DNA of 64,000 nt from an uncultured Acidobacteriota bacterium (GCA_963796275.1 CAWCKY010000007.1:160001-224000); one strand, 5' to 3'; positions 49,480 to 59,976 are shown, numbered from the stretch's first letter. The notes: generated from the sequence alone by a model not told the origin. Numbers and translations are program-made.

Positions 49480-50391
49480 CTAGACCTCCAATTCCAATCC
49501 GTCTCTGCCGATTTCGATCCCGCGCTCGGCCAGTACACCGCGCTCAGGCGAGTTTTCATCCAAGATCGGATTGGTATTGTTGATATGGATGTAGATCGTG
49601 CGCCGCCCGCGGGGACCAGCGCTTGCCTTCAAGCGCTGCAGGCTCCCTTCGGCCCCGCTGATCGGAATGTGGCCCATCTCTTTCGCCGTGCGTGAAGAAG
49701 CTCCAATCCGAATCATTTCATCCTCGGACCAAAAAGTTCCGTCCACAAATGCACAGTCGGTCCGAGACAACTCCTCGGTAAGTATCGGAGTCCAGGCTTC
49801 GATGGCCGGCGCATAGAGGACCCGGCCGCCGGTCTGCAAATCTTCAAATCGATATCCGATGACCCAATCGCCCTCGATCTCAGAACCGGCCGTATAGCGC
49901 GGTCTCTTCACTCCCAGGCGGAACGCTGTGATCCTCAATCGATCGCCATCTATCCCAAACGATTGATCCGGGCCGATAGGTACCCATCGAAACGGCGCAT
50001 ATGACTGAACCATCCTTTCGATCGGGAAGATATCCTTCAAGGTCGCGAGAACGGCCGGAGTTCCGTAAATGTCGAGCGGTGAGCCTTCCCGCAGTATCAA
50101 TAACCCGATGCTATGATCAAACTCAGCGTCGGTGAGGAGCACCCCGCGTATTCGCGTCTCGCGCAGTCCCGGCCCCGGATGAAGCTCAGGAAAAGACTCG
50201 ATCTGAAAACGGACGTCCGGCGTCGCATTCACCAGATACCAATTTTCTCCGCTCCCGCTCACGGCCAATGAGGCATGCAGTTGTGCCGGCGCTCGTACCC
50301 CACTCTCGCGAACGCGTTGACACATACTGCAAGCGCAATTCCACTGCGGATAGCCCCCGCCCGCGGCAACTCCGATAACTTTCAGATACAA
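49480..50391 (-). CDS. pqqB: PQQ biosynthesis protein B (metallo-beta-lactamase fold)
   Basis: Motifs AAGGGYPQWNCAC, LTDAEFDH, DGTFW, MGH, HINNTNP; TTG start. Confidence 0.95.
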   Translation of the reverse strand: MYLKVIGVAAGGGYPQWNCACSMCQRVRESGVRAPAQLHASLAVSGSGENWYLVNATPDVRFQIESFPELHPGPGLRETRIRGVLLTDAEFDHSIGLLILREGSPLDIYGTPAVLATLKDIFPIERMVQSYAPFRWVPIGPDQSFGIDGDRLRITAFRLGVKRPRYTAGSEIEGDWVIGYRFEDLQTGGRVLYAPAIEAWTPILTEELSRTDCAFVDGTFWSEDEMIRIGASSRTAKEMGHIPISGAEGSLQRLKASAGPRGRRTIYIHINNTNPILDENSPERGVLAERGIEIGRDGLELEV

Positions 50392-50400
50392 GATATACCT

Positions 50401-50437
50401 AATAAATTAAGAGGCGGATAATGCACTGATCCGCCTC
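50401..50437 (-). terminator. Hairpin terminator/attenuator between pqqA and pqqB
   Basis: Perfect 9-bp stem GAGGCGGAT / ATCCGCCTC followed on the minus strand by TTAATTTATT. Confidence 0.7.
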
Positions 50438-50500
50438 CCATTCAATAAATACGTGAACAACATCAAAACTTAATGCCTAACCGCCGATTACCGCGCGGCT

Positions 50501-50617
50501 TTATTCTTTTTCCGTTTCCGGTTCAGCCGAGAGCGTCTGCCTGGCCTCATCCGTATAGACATAGGCTCCGATCTCGCAGCAAACCTCAATGATTTCGTAG
50601 CTCGGTTTCTCCCACAT
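50501..50617 (-). CDS. pqqA: PQQ precursor peptide, 38 aa (MWEKPSYEIIEVCCEIGAYVYTDEARQTLSAEPETEKE)
   Basis: Translated by hand. GGAGG RBS, MWxKP start, E-x-x-x-Y core (EIGAY), directly upstream of pqqB; shorter than any ORF in the track. Confidence 0.92.
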   Translation of the reverse strand: MWEKPSYEIIEVCCEIGAYVYTDEARQTLSAEPETEKE

Positions 50618-51331
50618 TTTTAATGATCCTCCGTATTAGCAAGATATTGTTAATTCCAAATAACCGGCGAGCAGAACAACGCATAACGCCAGTCACTTTC
50701 AGCTTCTTCTTTAGCTGAGCAAACTGTATACCAGTTTTCCCCGCGACAAGGTGTGACGATCCTTACAGCGATTCGATCATGAACGGGAACGGAAAAAACT
50801 GATGGCTGAGAGGATGAAAAAGCCATTATTTCGATCAACTATTACTCGATTATTACTCGCTGAAAGCTATATATAAAGCTATATATGCAGATAACAGTGG
50901 CCTTCCTCAGTAATGTCGCGGGTATTTAATTGCTCTCATCAGAGTCATTGGAGATAGGGGGCGGATGCAATCTGGTGAATCACGGGACAATTGTAATTTG
51001 CGCGACCTCCAGTGTGATGAACAGAAGTGGAGACCTGCACGCATCCATTGTCCTGACGTCGTGTGCCTGCGACTTGTACAGGAATAGAGAAAGTGTACGA
51101 GGGCAATTCTATCGGTTGTGACGAGGGATGCTGCAATCTCATTTCAATCTCGTTCCAATCACAAATCATTATTAAATCTCTGTCTAAATAACTTTGTCTC
51201 GCATATGAAAGCCGCCTTTCTCGGTTTGCGGCGATGCCAGTTCCGAGTAATGCTCGAATGATTCGCCCGAGAATCAGCGCCTCGCTCATTTTCCACGCGG
51301 GATTGTGCATCTCAAAATAAACATCGAATGA

Positions 51332-51391
51332 TTGACGCCGGTCAGCTCCGCGTGCTATAAGCGCCGCAGTTAACCGGTTACGTAACCGGTT
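51332..51391 (+). promoter_or_regulatory. Promoter and LacI-type double operator
   Basis: TTGACG...TGCTATAAG followed by the perfect 20-bp palindrome AACCGGTTACGTAACCGGTT (51372-51391). Confidence 0.75.
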
Positions 51392-51493
51392 TTCCGCTGG
51401 GAAAGAGTATATATCGATCAAAGCGTATAACATTCGCGGTCGCGGCATTTTCACGATCCGCATCCTCTAGAAATTCAGGCAAAAAAATCGGGC

Positions 51494-52519
51494 ATGAAGA
51501 TTCGAGATGTCGCCAGGATGGCGGGCGTGTCGACGGCTACTGTCTCTCATGTGGTCAACAACTCCCGTTTTGTCAGCGATGAGACGAAAAGGAAAGTACT
51601 GGCAGCGATCGAGCGGTGTGGCTATACGCCGAACGCGCACGCGCGCAATCTGGCTACTAAACAAAATCACACATTCGGTCTGATTCTTTCGGATATTTCA
51701 AATCCCTTTTTCCCGGAGCTGGTCAAAAGCATCCAGGAGCGAGCCATCGAGCTGGGCTATGACATCTCGATGGCCAACACAAATTACGACTCGGAACGCG
51801 CGCTAGGGAGCGTGCAACGAATGCTCGAGCAGCGGGTCAGCGGCGTGGCCGTGATGACCTCGGAGATGGATGATTTGCTCACCCGGCGTCTGGCTGAGCG
51901 GGAGGTCGCCGTAGTTTTTCTGGATGTGGGAAAGGTTGGCCTTTACGTCAGCAACATCGTCGTGAATTACGAGAGGGGTATCCGCGCCGGGGTCGAGCAT
52001 TTGCTGGGGCTGGGACATAGGCGGATCGCATATATCAGCGGCCCGCTCCGGTTGAAATCGGCGCAGCGCCGGCATCTCGCCTTCACTCGAATGATGAAGA
52101 AATATGAGTCAACGCTGCACACGCAGCCCTGGATTTATGAGGGCGATTTCAAAGCGGCTGGTGGGCAACGAGCGGTGGTCGAGATGTTGCAGATAACGCC
52201 TCGCCCCACGGCGATTGTGGCCGCCAATGATCTGATGGCAATGGGAGCGCTGGGAGAATTGAAAAAGGCGGGCTTGCATGTGCCGGGCGACATATCAGTG
52301 GTCGGTTTTGATGACATTTTATTCGCCGCATTGACCGATCCGCCGCTGACCACCGTCGTGCTGCCGCGCGAAGAGATCGGTCGTGCTTCGGTCGACGCAT
52401 TACTCAATACGATAAAGGATAACAGCAGGATGGGACGCGAATACAAAATCACGCCCAGGCTTGTCGTGCGTGAATCCACCGGGCCCGTGCCGGTAAGTGA
52501 ATCAAGGGGGAAAAGATGA
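51494..52519 (+). CDS. LacI family transcriptional regulator
   Basis: HTH IRDVARMAGVSTATVSHVVN; motifs NPFF, DISVVGFDD, PPLTTV. Confidence 0.95.
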   Translation: MKIRDVARMAGVSTATVSHVVNNSRFVSDETKRKVLAAIERCGYTPNAHARNLATKQNHTFGLILSDISNPFFPELVKSIQERAIELGYDISMANTNYDSERALGSVQRMLEQRVSGVAVMTSEMDDLLTRRLAEREVAVVFLDVGKVGLYVSNIVVNYERGIRAGVEHLLGLGHRRIAYISGPLRLKSAQRRHLAFTRMMKKYESTLHTQPWIYEGDFKAAGGQRAVVEMLQITPRPTAIVAANDLMAMGALGELKKAGLHVPGDISVVGFDDILFAALTDPPLTTVVLPREEIGRASVDALLNTIKDNSRMGREYKITPRLVVRESTGPVPVSESRGKR

Positions 52520-55500
52520 ACTTGAACAAGATTGCAAGAATCGTGTCGGTGGTGGTAGGAACGCTGTTGGCGATCCCTGGTTACGGACAAAGCGATCGTG
52601 GCGCGATCAGCGGCGCGGTGCGAGATACGAACGGCGCGGCCGTCTCCGCCGCACAGATCACGTTAACCAATCGCAATACCGGCGAAAAGCGCGAGCTGAA
52701 TACAACAATTGAGGGCAACTTCACCATTCCGGAATTGAGGGCAGACCTCTACAATCTGACGGTCAAGGCGACCGGCTTCAAAACATCCTCGGTTGACAAC
52801 ATTCAGGTGGGTGTTCAGGTGACGAGTCGCATCGACGTGAAGCTGGAGATCGGAGAGGTCGGCGAAACCGTGACGATCTCAGCTGCGGACGTGATCTCGC
52901 TGCAAACTGACAGTCCGGTGCAGCAGCGCAACGTGACCGAGCGGCAGGTCAGGGAACTTCCGCTGATCGTCGCCGCCGAGAGTGGCGGGCGCACACCGCT
53001 CGCGTTCATCTATCTTGACAGCAGCATCACTCCGACCACAGATGGCGGCGGCAGCGGCGGCACCAACGCCACCAACTTCCGCGTCAACGGCAGCCAGGGA
53101 CTGGGCACCGACATTTTGATTGACGGCGTGGCGACCCGGCGTGGAGAGAACGGATCCTTCTTCTCCGAAGTCGCGCCGGGTCCGAACGCCTTTCAGGAGT
53201 TCACCATCAGTACCAACAACTACTCCGCCGAGTTCGGCAACTCGACCGGCGGCGTCGTCAACTTCACGATCAAGACCGGTAGCAACGATTTCCACGGCGA
53301 AGGCTACTTTTTCCTGAACAACGAGGCGTTCAACGCCAACATCGCGCGCAACCGTATGCTTGATATCGAACGCCCGCTCGACCGCCAGAAGGACTTCGGC
53401 TTCTCCGTCGGCGGCCCCGTACGTCTGCCGAAGAAAATCTTCGGCCCGCTCGGTTACGACGGGCGCAACCGGACGTTTTTCTTCTTCAACTACGGCGGCT
53501 ATCGCACCACGCGCACAGAGACCGTGGACATCAGCGTGCCGACCTTGAAGATGCGGCAGGGTGATTTATCGGAGCTTCTGACCGACCCTTACGTGCTGCA
53601 ATATTTCGGCGGTCCGGTGCAGATATTCGACCCGCGCCAGTCGCCGGGACAGCGCGTGGCGATCCCCGGGAACCGTATGGATCTTTACGAGGGCGGCGCG
53701 CTCATCAGTCCGATCGGGCGTAATTTCGTCAACCTCTTTCCGCTCCCTAACCAGCCCGGACTGATGGGCGGAGGCGTTCATCGCAACTACCGTGCATCAA
53801 GCGCGGTGACGGCGGAGACCAACTACTACGTGTCGAAGGTGACGCAGAACATCAGCGATCGCCAGACGGTCAACGTAAGCTACACTTTCCGCGCGCTGCC
53901 GAGCGTCAAAGGCGGCTTCCCGCGCTTCGATCCGCCGTTTGTTGCTGAGGGGCGCTGGGATCAGCTCTTCCGCTCCTACTATGCGCGCTTACAGCACGAT
54001 TACACATTCACGCCGAGGCTGCTCAATCACATCAATCTGGGTTGGAATCGTACGTACGTGGAAAACCACAACTTCGGGCGCGGGGCTGGGCGCGCGACCG
54101 CGCTCGGGGTACTGCGCGGTACGACGCAGGATCTGGGGCTGCCGCTCATCGGCTTTCCCAACTACGGCAACGACGTGACCTCGCTCGACCCGCGCTCTTA
54201 CCAGGGGGGCGGCTCCACGACATTCGACAACGACACCAGCGACAACACGGCTCAGTTTACCGACTTCATCAATTACACGCGCGGTCGCCACACCTTCAAG
54301 TTCGGCGGTGACGTCCGCGTGCAGCAGTTGAACGTCAGGCCCAATTTCGACCTGGGCGGCAGATACAACTTTATGGGCAGGCAGACCGCGAACGTGCTTG
54401 CTGATACGACGCGCGCGGGAGGCGCCGTCACTGGGGTAGCCGAGGGATGGCCGATCGCCAGCCTGCTTGCCGGTGCAACGGAGTTCTCCTGGAACAGCTT
54501 GCAGACCGCGCAGCCGAGTTGGAAATATATCTTCGCGGCGGGGTTCATTCAGGACGACTTCAAGATGACGTCGAAGCTGACGCTCAACCTCGGCGTCCGC
54601 TACGACTTCAACCGGCCGCGCACGGAACGCCATGACCGTTATCGCGGCTTCGATCCGAACGCGCCCAATCAGGTGGCAGCTGGACGGCTCGGCGCGATCG
54701 TCGGCGCCGCCGGGCAGGGCGGGCTCGCGGCCATCAACGAGGGGCTGGTCAATCCCGACAGGACTGATCTGGGGCCGCGCATCGGTTTCGCCTATCTCAT
54801 CAACGATAAGACCGTGATCCGCGGCGGCTACGGGATTTTTTACGCGCCGCTCTTCTACAATGCGAACGGCAACGACGGACTGGAGGGTTACAACCCGGGG
54901 TCGCTGAATATCAATTCCGACCTGAACGCGCTCAATACCATTGACGAGCGCGGGTTTGCGCGCACGCCGATCGGATTGGACCGTTACCCGGCGCTGCCCA
55001 TCGCCAACCCGAATCTGCAAAATGTCGGACTGCTCGACCGCACACTCGACTATTACGACTTGAACTATAAGCTTGGGCGCACTGCGCAGTACAACCTGGA
55101 TCTGCAGCGCGAGCTCCCTTCCAGCATCCTGCTTTCGATCAGTTACATCGGCAACCGGGGGACCCGACTGCGCTCCAGGTTGATGCCGCTGAACGCGGCG
55201 CCGATCGAGGCGCTGCGGCTGGGCAACACGCTGCTGCGCAAACGCCTGGCGGACGTGACGGCGGATGATCGTGCCTACGCGGCTAGCGTCGGCTTCACGC
55301 TGCCAGCGAGTCCCGATGCGGTCTATCCCGACTTCGGCAACCAGCCTGCGCTGACCTCGAGCTTTCTGGCCGGAACAGTAGCTCAGGCGCTCAGGCCTTA
55401 CCCGCACTACGGGAATATCAACAACCGGCTCGAGAGCGATGGGCAGAGCTGGTATAACGCCGCGAAGATCGATCTGCGGCGGCGCTTTGCCAACGGCGCG

Positions 55501-56313
55501 CAAATAGGAGCTTCCTACACTTTCTCTAAGTTCATCACCGACGCGGGAGAGGACTTATACGGCGATTCGCCCATCACCGGCGTGCTGCAGAACCCGCGCG
55601 ACCGCCGCTCGCTGCGATCGATCGCACCGGGCAGCTATCCGCACTCGCTGGTGGTCTACTATCTGGCCGAGTTGCCGTTTGGCAGAGGCAAACGCTTCCT
55701 CAATCAAGGCGGCATGATCGACCGTCTGGTGGGCGGCTGGCAGATCAGCGGTGTCCAACGTTATCGTTCGGGCCAATCCCTCTCACCGTTCGTGCCCGGC
55801 GGTCAGCGAGAGTTCCTCGACCTGGTTGGGATCGGTGGCAACCTGCGGACGAACCTGACGGGCCAGCCGTTCTACACGGGCAACGACGAGGTCGGGTTAA
55901 ACTTCGGCTACCTGAACCCGGCGGCGTTCACGCCTCCACCCGATTACCGGTCGATACCGCAAGTTCCCGACCCGGCCAACCCGGGGCAAACGATCCCCGC
56001 ACCCATAGGCAGCCCCGAATATCGGGCGTTTTACACCGATCCGCTCAGGTTTCTGGGAACCGTCGCGCCGACCTTCGATAACCTGCGCATGCGCAACTAC
56101 TATAGCGAAGACGTGAGCATTCTGAAGAAGACGCGTATCACCGAGACGACCGCGCTCGAGTTGCGCGCGGAGATATTCAATCTCTTCAACCGCAGCCGTT
56201 TCGCCGGGCCCAACATGAACGTGACGGACCCCGGCAACTACGGCGTGGTGGGACGCTTCGCCGATATATTGCAACCGCGCCGCATCCAGGTCGGGGCCAG
56301 GTTTATCTTCTGA
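52516..56313 (+). CDS. TonB-dependent receptor
   Basis: GQSDRGAISG start, NNYSAEFG, FIQDDFK...LTLNLGVRYD, C-terminal IQVGARFIF; ATGA overlap with the LacI gene. Confidence 0.94.
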   Translation: MNLNKIARIVSVVVGTLLAIPGYGQSDRGAISGAVRDTNGAAVSAAQITLTNRNTGEKRELNTTIEGNFTIPELRADLYNLTVKATGFKTSSVDNIQVGVQVTSRIDVKLEIGEVGETVTISAADVISLQTDSPVQQRNVTERQVRELPLIVAAESGGRTPLAFIYLDSSITPTTDGGGSGGTNATNFRVNGSQGLGTDILIDGVATRRGENGSFFSEVAPGPNAFQEFTISTNNYSAEFGNSTGGVVNFTIKTGSNDFHGEGYFFLNNEAFNANIARNRMLDIERPLDRQKDFGFSVGGPVRLPKKIFGPLGYDGRNRTFFFFNYGGYRTTRTETVDISVPTLKMRQGDLSELLTDPYVLQYFGGPVQIFDPRQSPGQRVAIPGNRMDLYEGGALISPIGRNFVNLFPLPNQPGLMGGGVHRNYRASSAVTAETNYYVSKVTQNISDRQTVNVSYTFRALPSVKGGFPRFDPPFVAEGRWDQLFRSYYARLQHDYTFTPRLLNHINLGWNRTYVENHNFGRGAGRATALGVLRGTTQDLGLPLIGFPNYGNDVTSLDPRSYQGGGSTTFDNDTSDNTAQFTDFINYTRGRHTFKFGGDVRVQQLNVRPNFDLGGRYNFMGRQTANVLADTTRAGGAVTGVAEGWPIASLLAGATEFSWNSLQTAQPSWKYIFAAGFIQDDFKMTSKLTLNLGVRYDFNRPRTERHDRYRGFDPNAPNQVAAGRLGAIVGAAGQGGLAAINEGLVNPDRTDLGPRIGFAYLINDKTVIRGGYGIFYAPLFYNANGNDGLEGYNPGSLNINSDLNALNTIDERGFARTPIGLDRYPALPIANPNLQNVGLLDRTLDYYDLNYKLGRTAQYNLDLQRELPSSILLSISYIGNRGTRLRSRLMPLNAAPIEALRLGNTLLRKRLADVTADDRAYAASVGFTLPASPDAVYPDFGNQPALTSSFLAGTVAQALRPYPHYGNINNRLESDGQSWYNAAKIDLRRRFANGAQIGASYTFSKFITDAGEDLYGDSPITGVLQNPRDRRSLRSIAPGSYPHSLVVYYLAELPFGRGKRFLNQGGMIDRLVGGWQISGVQRYRSGQSLSPFVPGGQREFLDLVGIGGNLRTNLTGQPFYTGNDEVGLNFGYLNPAAFTPPPDYRSIPQVPDPANPGQTIPAPIGSPEYRAFYTDPLRFLGTVAPTFDNLRMRNYYSEDVSILKKTRITETTALELRAEIFNLFNRSRFAGPNMNVTDPGNYGVVGRFADILQPRRIQVGARFIF

Positions 56314-56561
56314 ATCTGTGCGCGGGAGCACGACCGTGGTATCTTTTGCGGCCATTATTACCAGCTCGGGCGCGTCTAAACGCGCCTAAAACGGCCGCGT
56401 GAAGCCAGGCAGGCGATAGCAATATATTCGCAGCTGAGAGGTGCGCAAGATTGCACAATGAAAATGAGGTCCGCGATAACGTGCGCCGCCTGGCAGATGT
56501 CTGTTTCTGATAAGCCGAAATGGCCGGTTTCCGCCATAGATTTCCATCGGAGGCGATTGAT

Positions 56562-57995
56562 ATGAAGAGACCAGCTCAGGCAGATATTCGTTCAGCGGCT
56601 TTGATATTGCTGCTGATCCTCGGATGGACCGCGGCGGACCGCGCCGGTTCAGCGCAGACGGAAAAGCCCTCCGGCGCGCGCCCCAATGTAGTGCTGTTCG
56701 TGGCGGATGATCTGGGGCTTAACGAAATCGGGCCGTACGGCAGCAAATACGTGAGAACGCCCAACCTCGACCGGCTGGCGGCGCAAGCCATCCGATTCGA
56801 TCGCGCCTTTGCTGGATCGCCCACCTGCGTGCCTTCGCGGGCGGTGCTCTATACCGGTCTGATGCCATTCCGCAATGGCGCACATCCGAACCACAGCCAG
56901 AGCCGCGAAGGCGTCAAATCTATCGCGCACCATTTCCAGGCGATCGGATATCTGACCGCGCAGGCCGGCAAGCGGCATTTCAATCCGGCCTCGGTATTCC
57001 CCTTTGAGATCATCAGAGATTCTGAGGTTCCCGAACCGGGGTTCGAGAACAAGCGGGCTCTGCGGGTTGATCTGAATACCGCGCCGGTGGAGAAATGGCT
57101 GGCGAGCGCGGATAAGAATAAACCGTTTTTCCTGATCGTCGCCGACCATAGCCCGCACGTCGTCTGGCCGGACAAAGCGGAATACAGACCGGAAGATGTA
57201 GAAATTCCGCCTGACCACATCGACACGCCCGAGACTCGCGGCGCGCGCTCCCGCTACTACACCGACATCACGAAGATGGACCGCAACGTCGGCCAGGTGC
57301 TGAATAGTCTGGAGAAGAACGGTTTGGCGGAGAATACCATCTTCATCTTCACTTCTGATCAGGGGCCGCAGTGGCCGTTCGCCAAATGGACCGTCTATGA
57401 CGCGGGCATTCGCGTTCCTCTGCTGATTCGCTGGCCGGGCACGATAAAACCCGGCAGCGCAACGGACGCACTGGTTTCGCTGGCGGATGTCGTTCCCACG
57501 CTCGTAGAGGCCGCGGGCGGTCGCGCGCCGGAAGGATTGGACGGGCAGAGCTTCCTCAAAGTATTGCAGGCGAAGACGAGGACCCACCGCGAATACATCT
57601 TCGCCACGCACACCGGAGACGGCCAGTGGAACCGCAACCCCGCTCGCTGCATCCGCACCGGGCGATATAAACTCATTCTCAATCTCGCGCCAGAGATCAC
57701 TTACACGACGCACATCGATCTCGCGAAAGACCACGACGGCGGGCGCGAGTACTGGCCTTCGTGGGACGCGCTGGCGAAGACCGATCGGCGCGCGGCCGCA
57801 GTGATCGATCGATACCGGAATCATCCGAAAGAAGAGTTCTACGATCTGTTGACCGATCCATATGAAATCAACAATCTGATCGGTGATCAGAAATACGCCG
57901 GCATCGTCGCCGACCTGCGCGAGAGGCTGGCCGAATGGCGCAAGCAGCAGGGGGATGACCAGACTGGGGCTGCCCCCGCGCCGCCAACGAGATGA
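56562..57995 (+). CDS. Cys-type sulfatase (N-sulfoglucosamine sulfohydrolase-like)
   Basis: Motifs RPNVVLFVADDLG, CVPSRAVLYTG, GKRH, FTSDQG; GGAGG RBS before ATG 56562. Confidence 0.92.
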   Translation: MKRPAQADIRSAALILLLILGWTAADRAGSAQTEKPSGARPNVVLFVADDLGLNEIGPYGSKYVRTPNLDRLAAQAIRFDRAFAGSPTCVPSRAVLYTGLMPFRNGAHPNHSQSREGVKSIAHHFQAIGYLTAQAGKRHFNPASVFPFEIIRDSEVPEPGFENKRALRVDLNTAPVEKWLASADKNKPFFLIVADHSPHVVWPDKAEYRPEDVEIPPDHIDTPETRGARSRYYTDITKMDRNVGQVLNSLEKNGLAENTIFIFTSDQGPQWPFAKWTVYDAGIRVPLLIRWPGTIKPGSATDALVSLADVVPTLVEAAGGRAPEGLDGQSFLKVLQAKTRTHREYIFATHTGDGQWNRNPARCIRTGRYKLILNLAPEITYTTHIDLAKDHDGGREYWPSWDALAKTDRRAAAVIDRYRNHPKEEFYDLLTDPYEINNLIGDQKYAGIVADLRERLAEWRKQQGDDQTGAAPAPPTR

Positions 57996-58029
57996 TGGCA
58001 TTATACGATTTTGATGAGATAACACATCC

Positions 58030-59976
58030 ATGAGAGAACACATGAAAATGAAACGACACTTCGCAATTACCATCCTGGCGATCTTTCTAACGACCGGCAT
58101 TGCCGCGCCGCAGCAATGGAAACCCGCTCCCGTCACATTGATGACGGAATGGGGCGAAAAAATTACGCCCGACAATGCGTGGCGCGAATACCCGCGCCCG
58201 CAATTCGTGCGCGAGCGCTGGCAAAATCTGAACGGAATGTGGGATTACGCCATCACATCGAAAACCGCGCCGGCGCCGTCGAAGTTCGACGGAAAAATCC
58301 TGGTACCGTTTGCGCCTGAGGCGGCGTTGTCGGGCGTCGGCAAAATTCTGCAACCCGGCGAGCGCCTCTGGTACAGCCGTTCATTCGAAGTTCCGGCCGC
58401 ATGGAAAAACGAACGATTACTGCTTCATTTCGGCGCTGTCGATTACGAATGCGCGCTCTGGGTGAACGGCGGTTTAGTCGGCGCGCACAAAGGCGGGTTC
58501 GATGAATTCAATTTCGACGTCACCCCCTTTCTTAAAGATGGCAATAACGTGCTGCTGATGGGCGTCACCGATCCTTCGGACACAGGCGAACAGCCGCGAG
58601 GTAAACAACAGTTGAAACCGGAGGGCATCTGGTACACGCCTGTTTCGGGCATCTGGCAGACGGTATGGCTTGAACCTGTGCCCGCCGGGTCGCATCTCGC
58701 CGAATTGCGGTTGACGCCGGACGTGGATGCGGGCGGTTTGCGTGTCGTGGGGCTGACCGACCAGGCGTTCTCCGATGACACATACGCCGTGCGTTTTACC
58801 GCTTCGACGAACGGCAAAACAGTCTCTTCGACGATCGCGCGCATCAATCGCGAAGGCTTCCTCAAAGTTCCAGGCGCGCGGTTATGGTCGCCCTCCGACC
58901 CGTTTTTGTACGACCTGAAGGCGGAACTCATCCGCGTGAAAAATCCGTGGCCGAAACCGGCTGGGAATGAGCGCCCGAATGAGCGGCCTCTTCGATTCGG
59001 CGGGCGCGAACGCGAACTATATGAGAAGGCCGAGGCTGAAGGAGCGCCGCTGGACGTCGTCACAAGCTATTTCGGCATGCGCAAAGTTTCGCTCGGTCCC
59101 GGCACGGTCGCCGGACAGCCAGCTATTCTGCTTAATGGGCAGCCGCTCTTTCAACACGGACCGCTCGATCAGGGCTGGTGGCCGGATGGACTGCATACGC
59201 CGCCCGCGGATGCGGCGATGAAATGGGAAATCGAATGGCTGCGTAAGGCCGGGTTCAACATGCTTCGCAAACATATAAAAGTCGAACCGGCGCGCTATTA
59301 CTACCATTGCGACCGGCTGGGGATGTTGGTCTGGCAGGATATGCCGTCTGGCTTCAATCAGGGATTGCGGAATAACCGTCCCGATGAAGGCGAACCGTTT
59401 CGACTCTCCACCAGCCGCGAACAGCACGAACTGGAATTGCGCCGCATGCTGGGGCGTTTGCACAACGCTCCGAGCATCGTGATGTGGGTCGTCTTCAACG
59501 AAGGTTGGGGACAGTATGAATCGAAAGCCATGGCGCAATGGGTTAAAGCGATAGACGGCAGCCGTCTGGTCAACGCCGACAGCGGATGGTTGGATATGAA
59601 CGTCGGCGAATTGTTCGACATCCACACTTACCAGGAGATTCCGCAGACGCCGGAGCAGAAGACGGATCGCGCCGTCGTGCTGGGCGAATACGGAGGCGTC
59701 GGCTGGCCGATCGAGAATCATCTCTGGAACCCCAAAATGCGGAATTGGGGCTATCAGACCTATCAGGACAAAACGGCATACCTGAACGCCTTACGCAAAA
59801 AAGTCGAGGCGCTCGTGCCGATGAAACAGAAGCTTGGCGTATCGGCGGCGGTCTATACCCAAACCACCGACGTCGAAGGCGAAGTCAACGGCCTGATGAC
59901 CTACGACCGCAAATACATCAAGGTCGATCCCGCGTTGATGAGCGAAATGAACGCGCCGTTGACGGGAGGCAAATGA
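58030..59976 (+). CDS. Glycoside hydrolase family 2
   Basis: Motifs EYPRPQF, LHFGAVDY, LDQGWWPDG, RKHIKVEP, VFNEGWG, LGEYGG. Confidence 0.92.
   Translation: MREHMKMKRHFAITILAIFLTTGIAAPQQWKPAPVTLMTEWGEKITPDNAWREYPRPQFVRERWQNLNGMWDYAITSKTAPAPSKFDGKILVPFAPEAALSGVGKILQPGERLWYSRSFEVPAAWKNERLLLHFGAVDYECALWVNGGLVGAHKGGFDEFNFDVTPFLKDGNNVLLMGVTDPSDTGEQPRGKQQLKPEGIWYTPVSGIWQTVWLEPVPAGSHLAELRLTPDVDAGGLRVVGLTDQAFSDDTYAVRFTASTNGKTVSSTIARINREGFLKVPGARLWSPSDPFLYDLKAELIRVKNPWPKPAGNERPNERPLRFGGRERELYEKAEAEGAPLDVVTSYFGMRKVSLGPGTVAGQPAILLNGQPLFQHGPLDQGWWPDGLHTPPADAAMKWEIEWLRKAGFNMLRKHIKVEPARYYYHCDRLGMLVWQDMPSGFNQGLRNNRPDEGEPFRLSTSREQHELELRRMLGRLHNAPSIVMWVVFNEGWGQYESKAMAQWVKAIDGSRLVNADSGWLDMNVGELFDIHTYQEIPQTPEQKTDRAVVLGEYGGVGWPIENHLWNPKMRNWGYQTYQDKTAYLNALRKKVEALVPMKQKLGVSAAVYTQTTDVEGEVNGLMTYDRKYIKVDPALMSEMNAPLTGGK

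Noticed and set aside
50945-51463. 172-aa minus-strand ORF upstream of the LacI gene
   Set aside because: Runs across the promoter and operator and does not look like a real protein.
53989-55503. 504-aa antisense ORF inside the receptor gene
   Set aside because: Shadow ORF expected from GC-rich codon bias; no recognisable motifs or RBS.
56649-58175. 508-aa antisense ORF over the sulfatase
   Set aside because: Same shadow effect; the sense gene has full sulfatase motifs.
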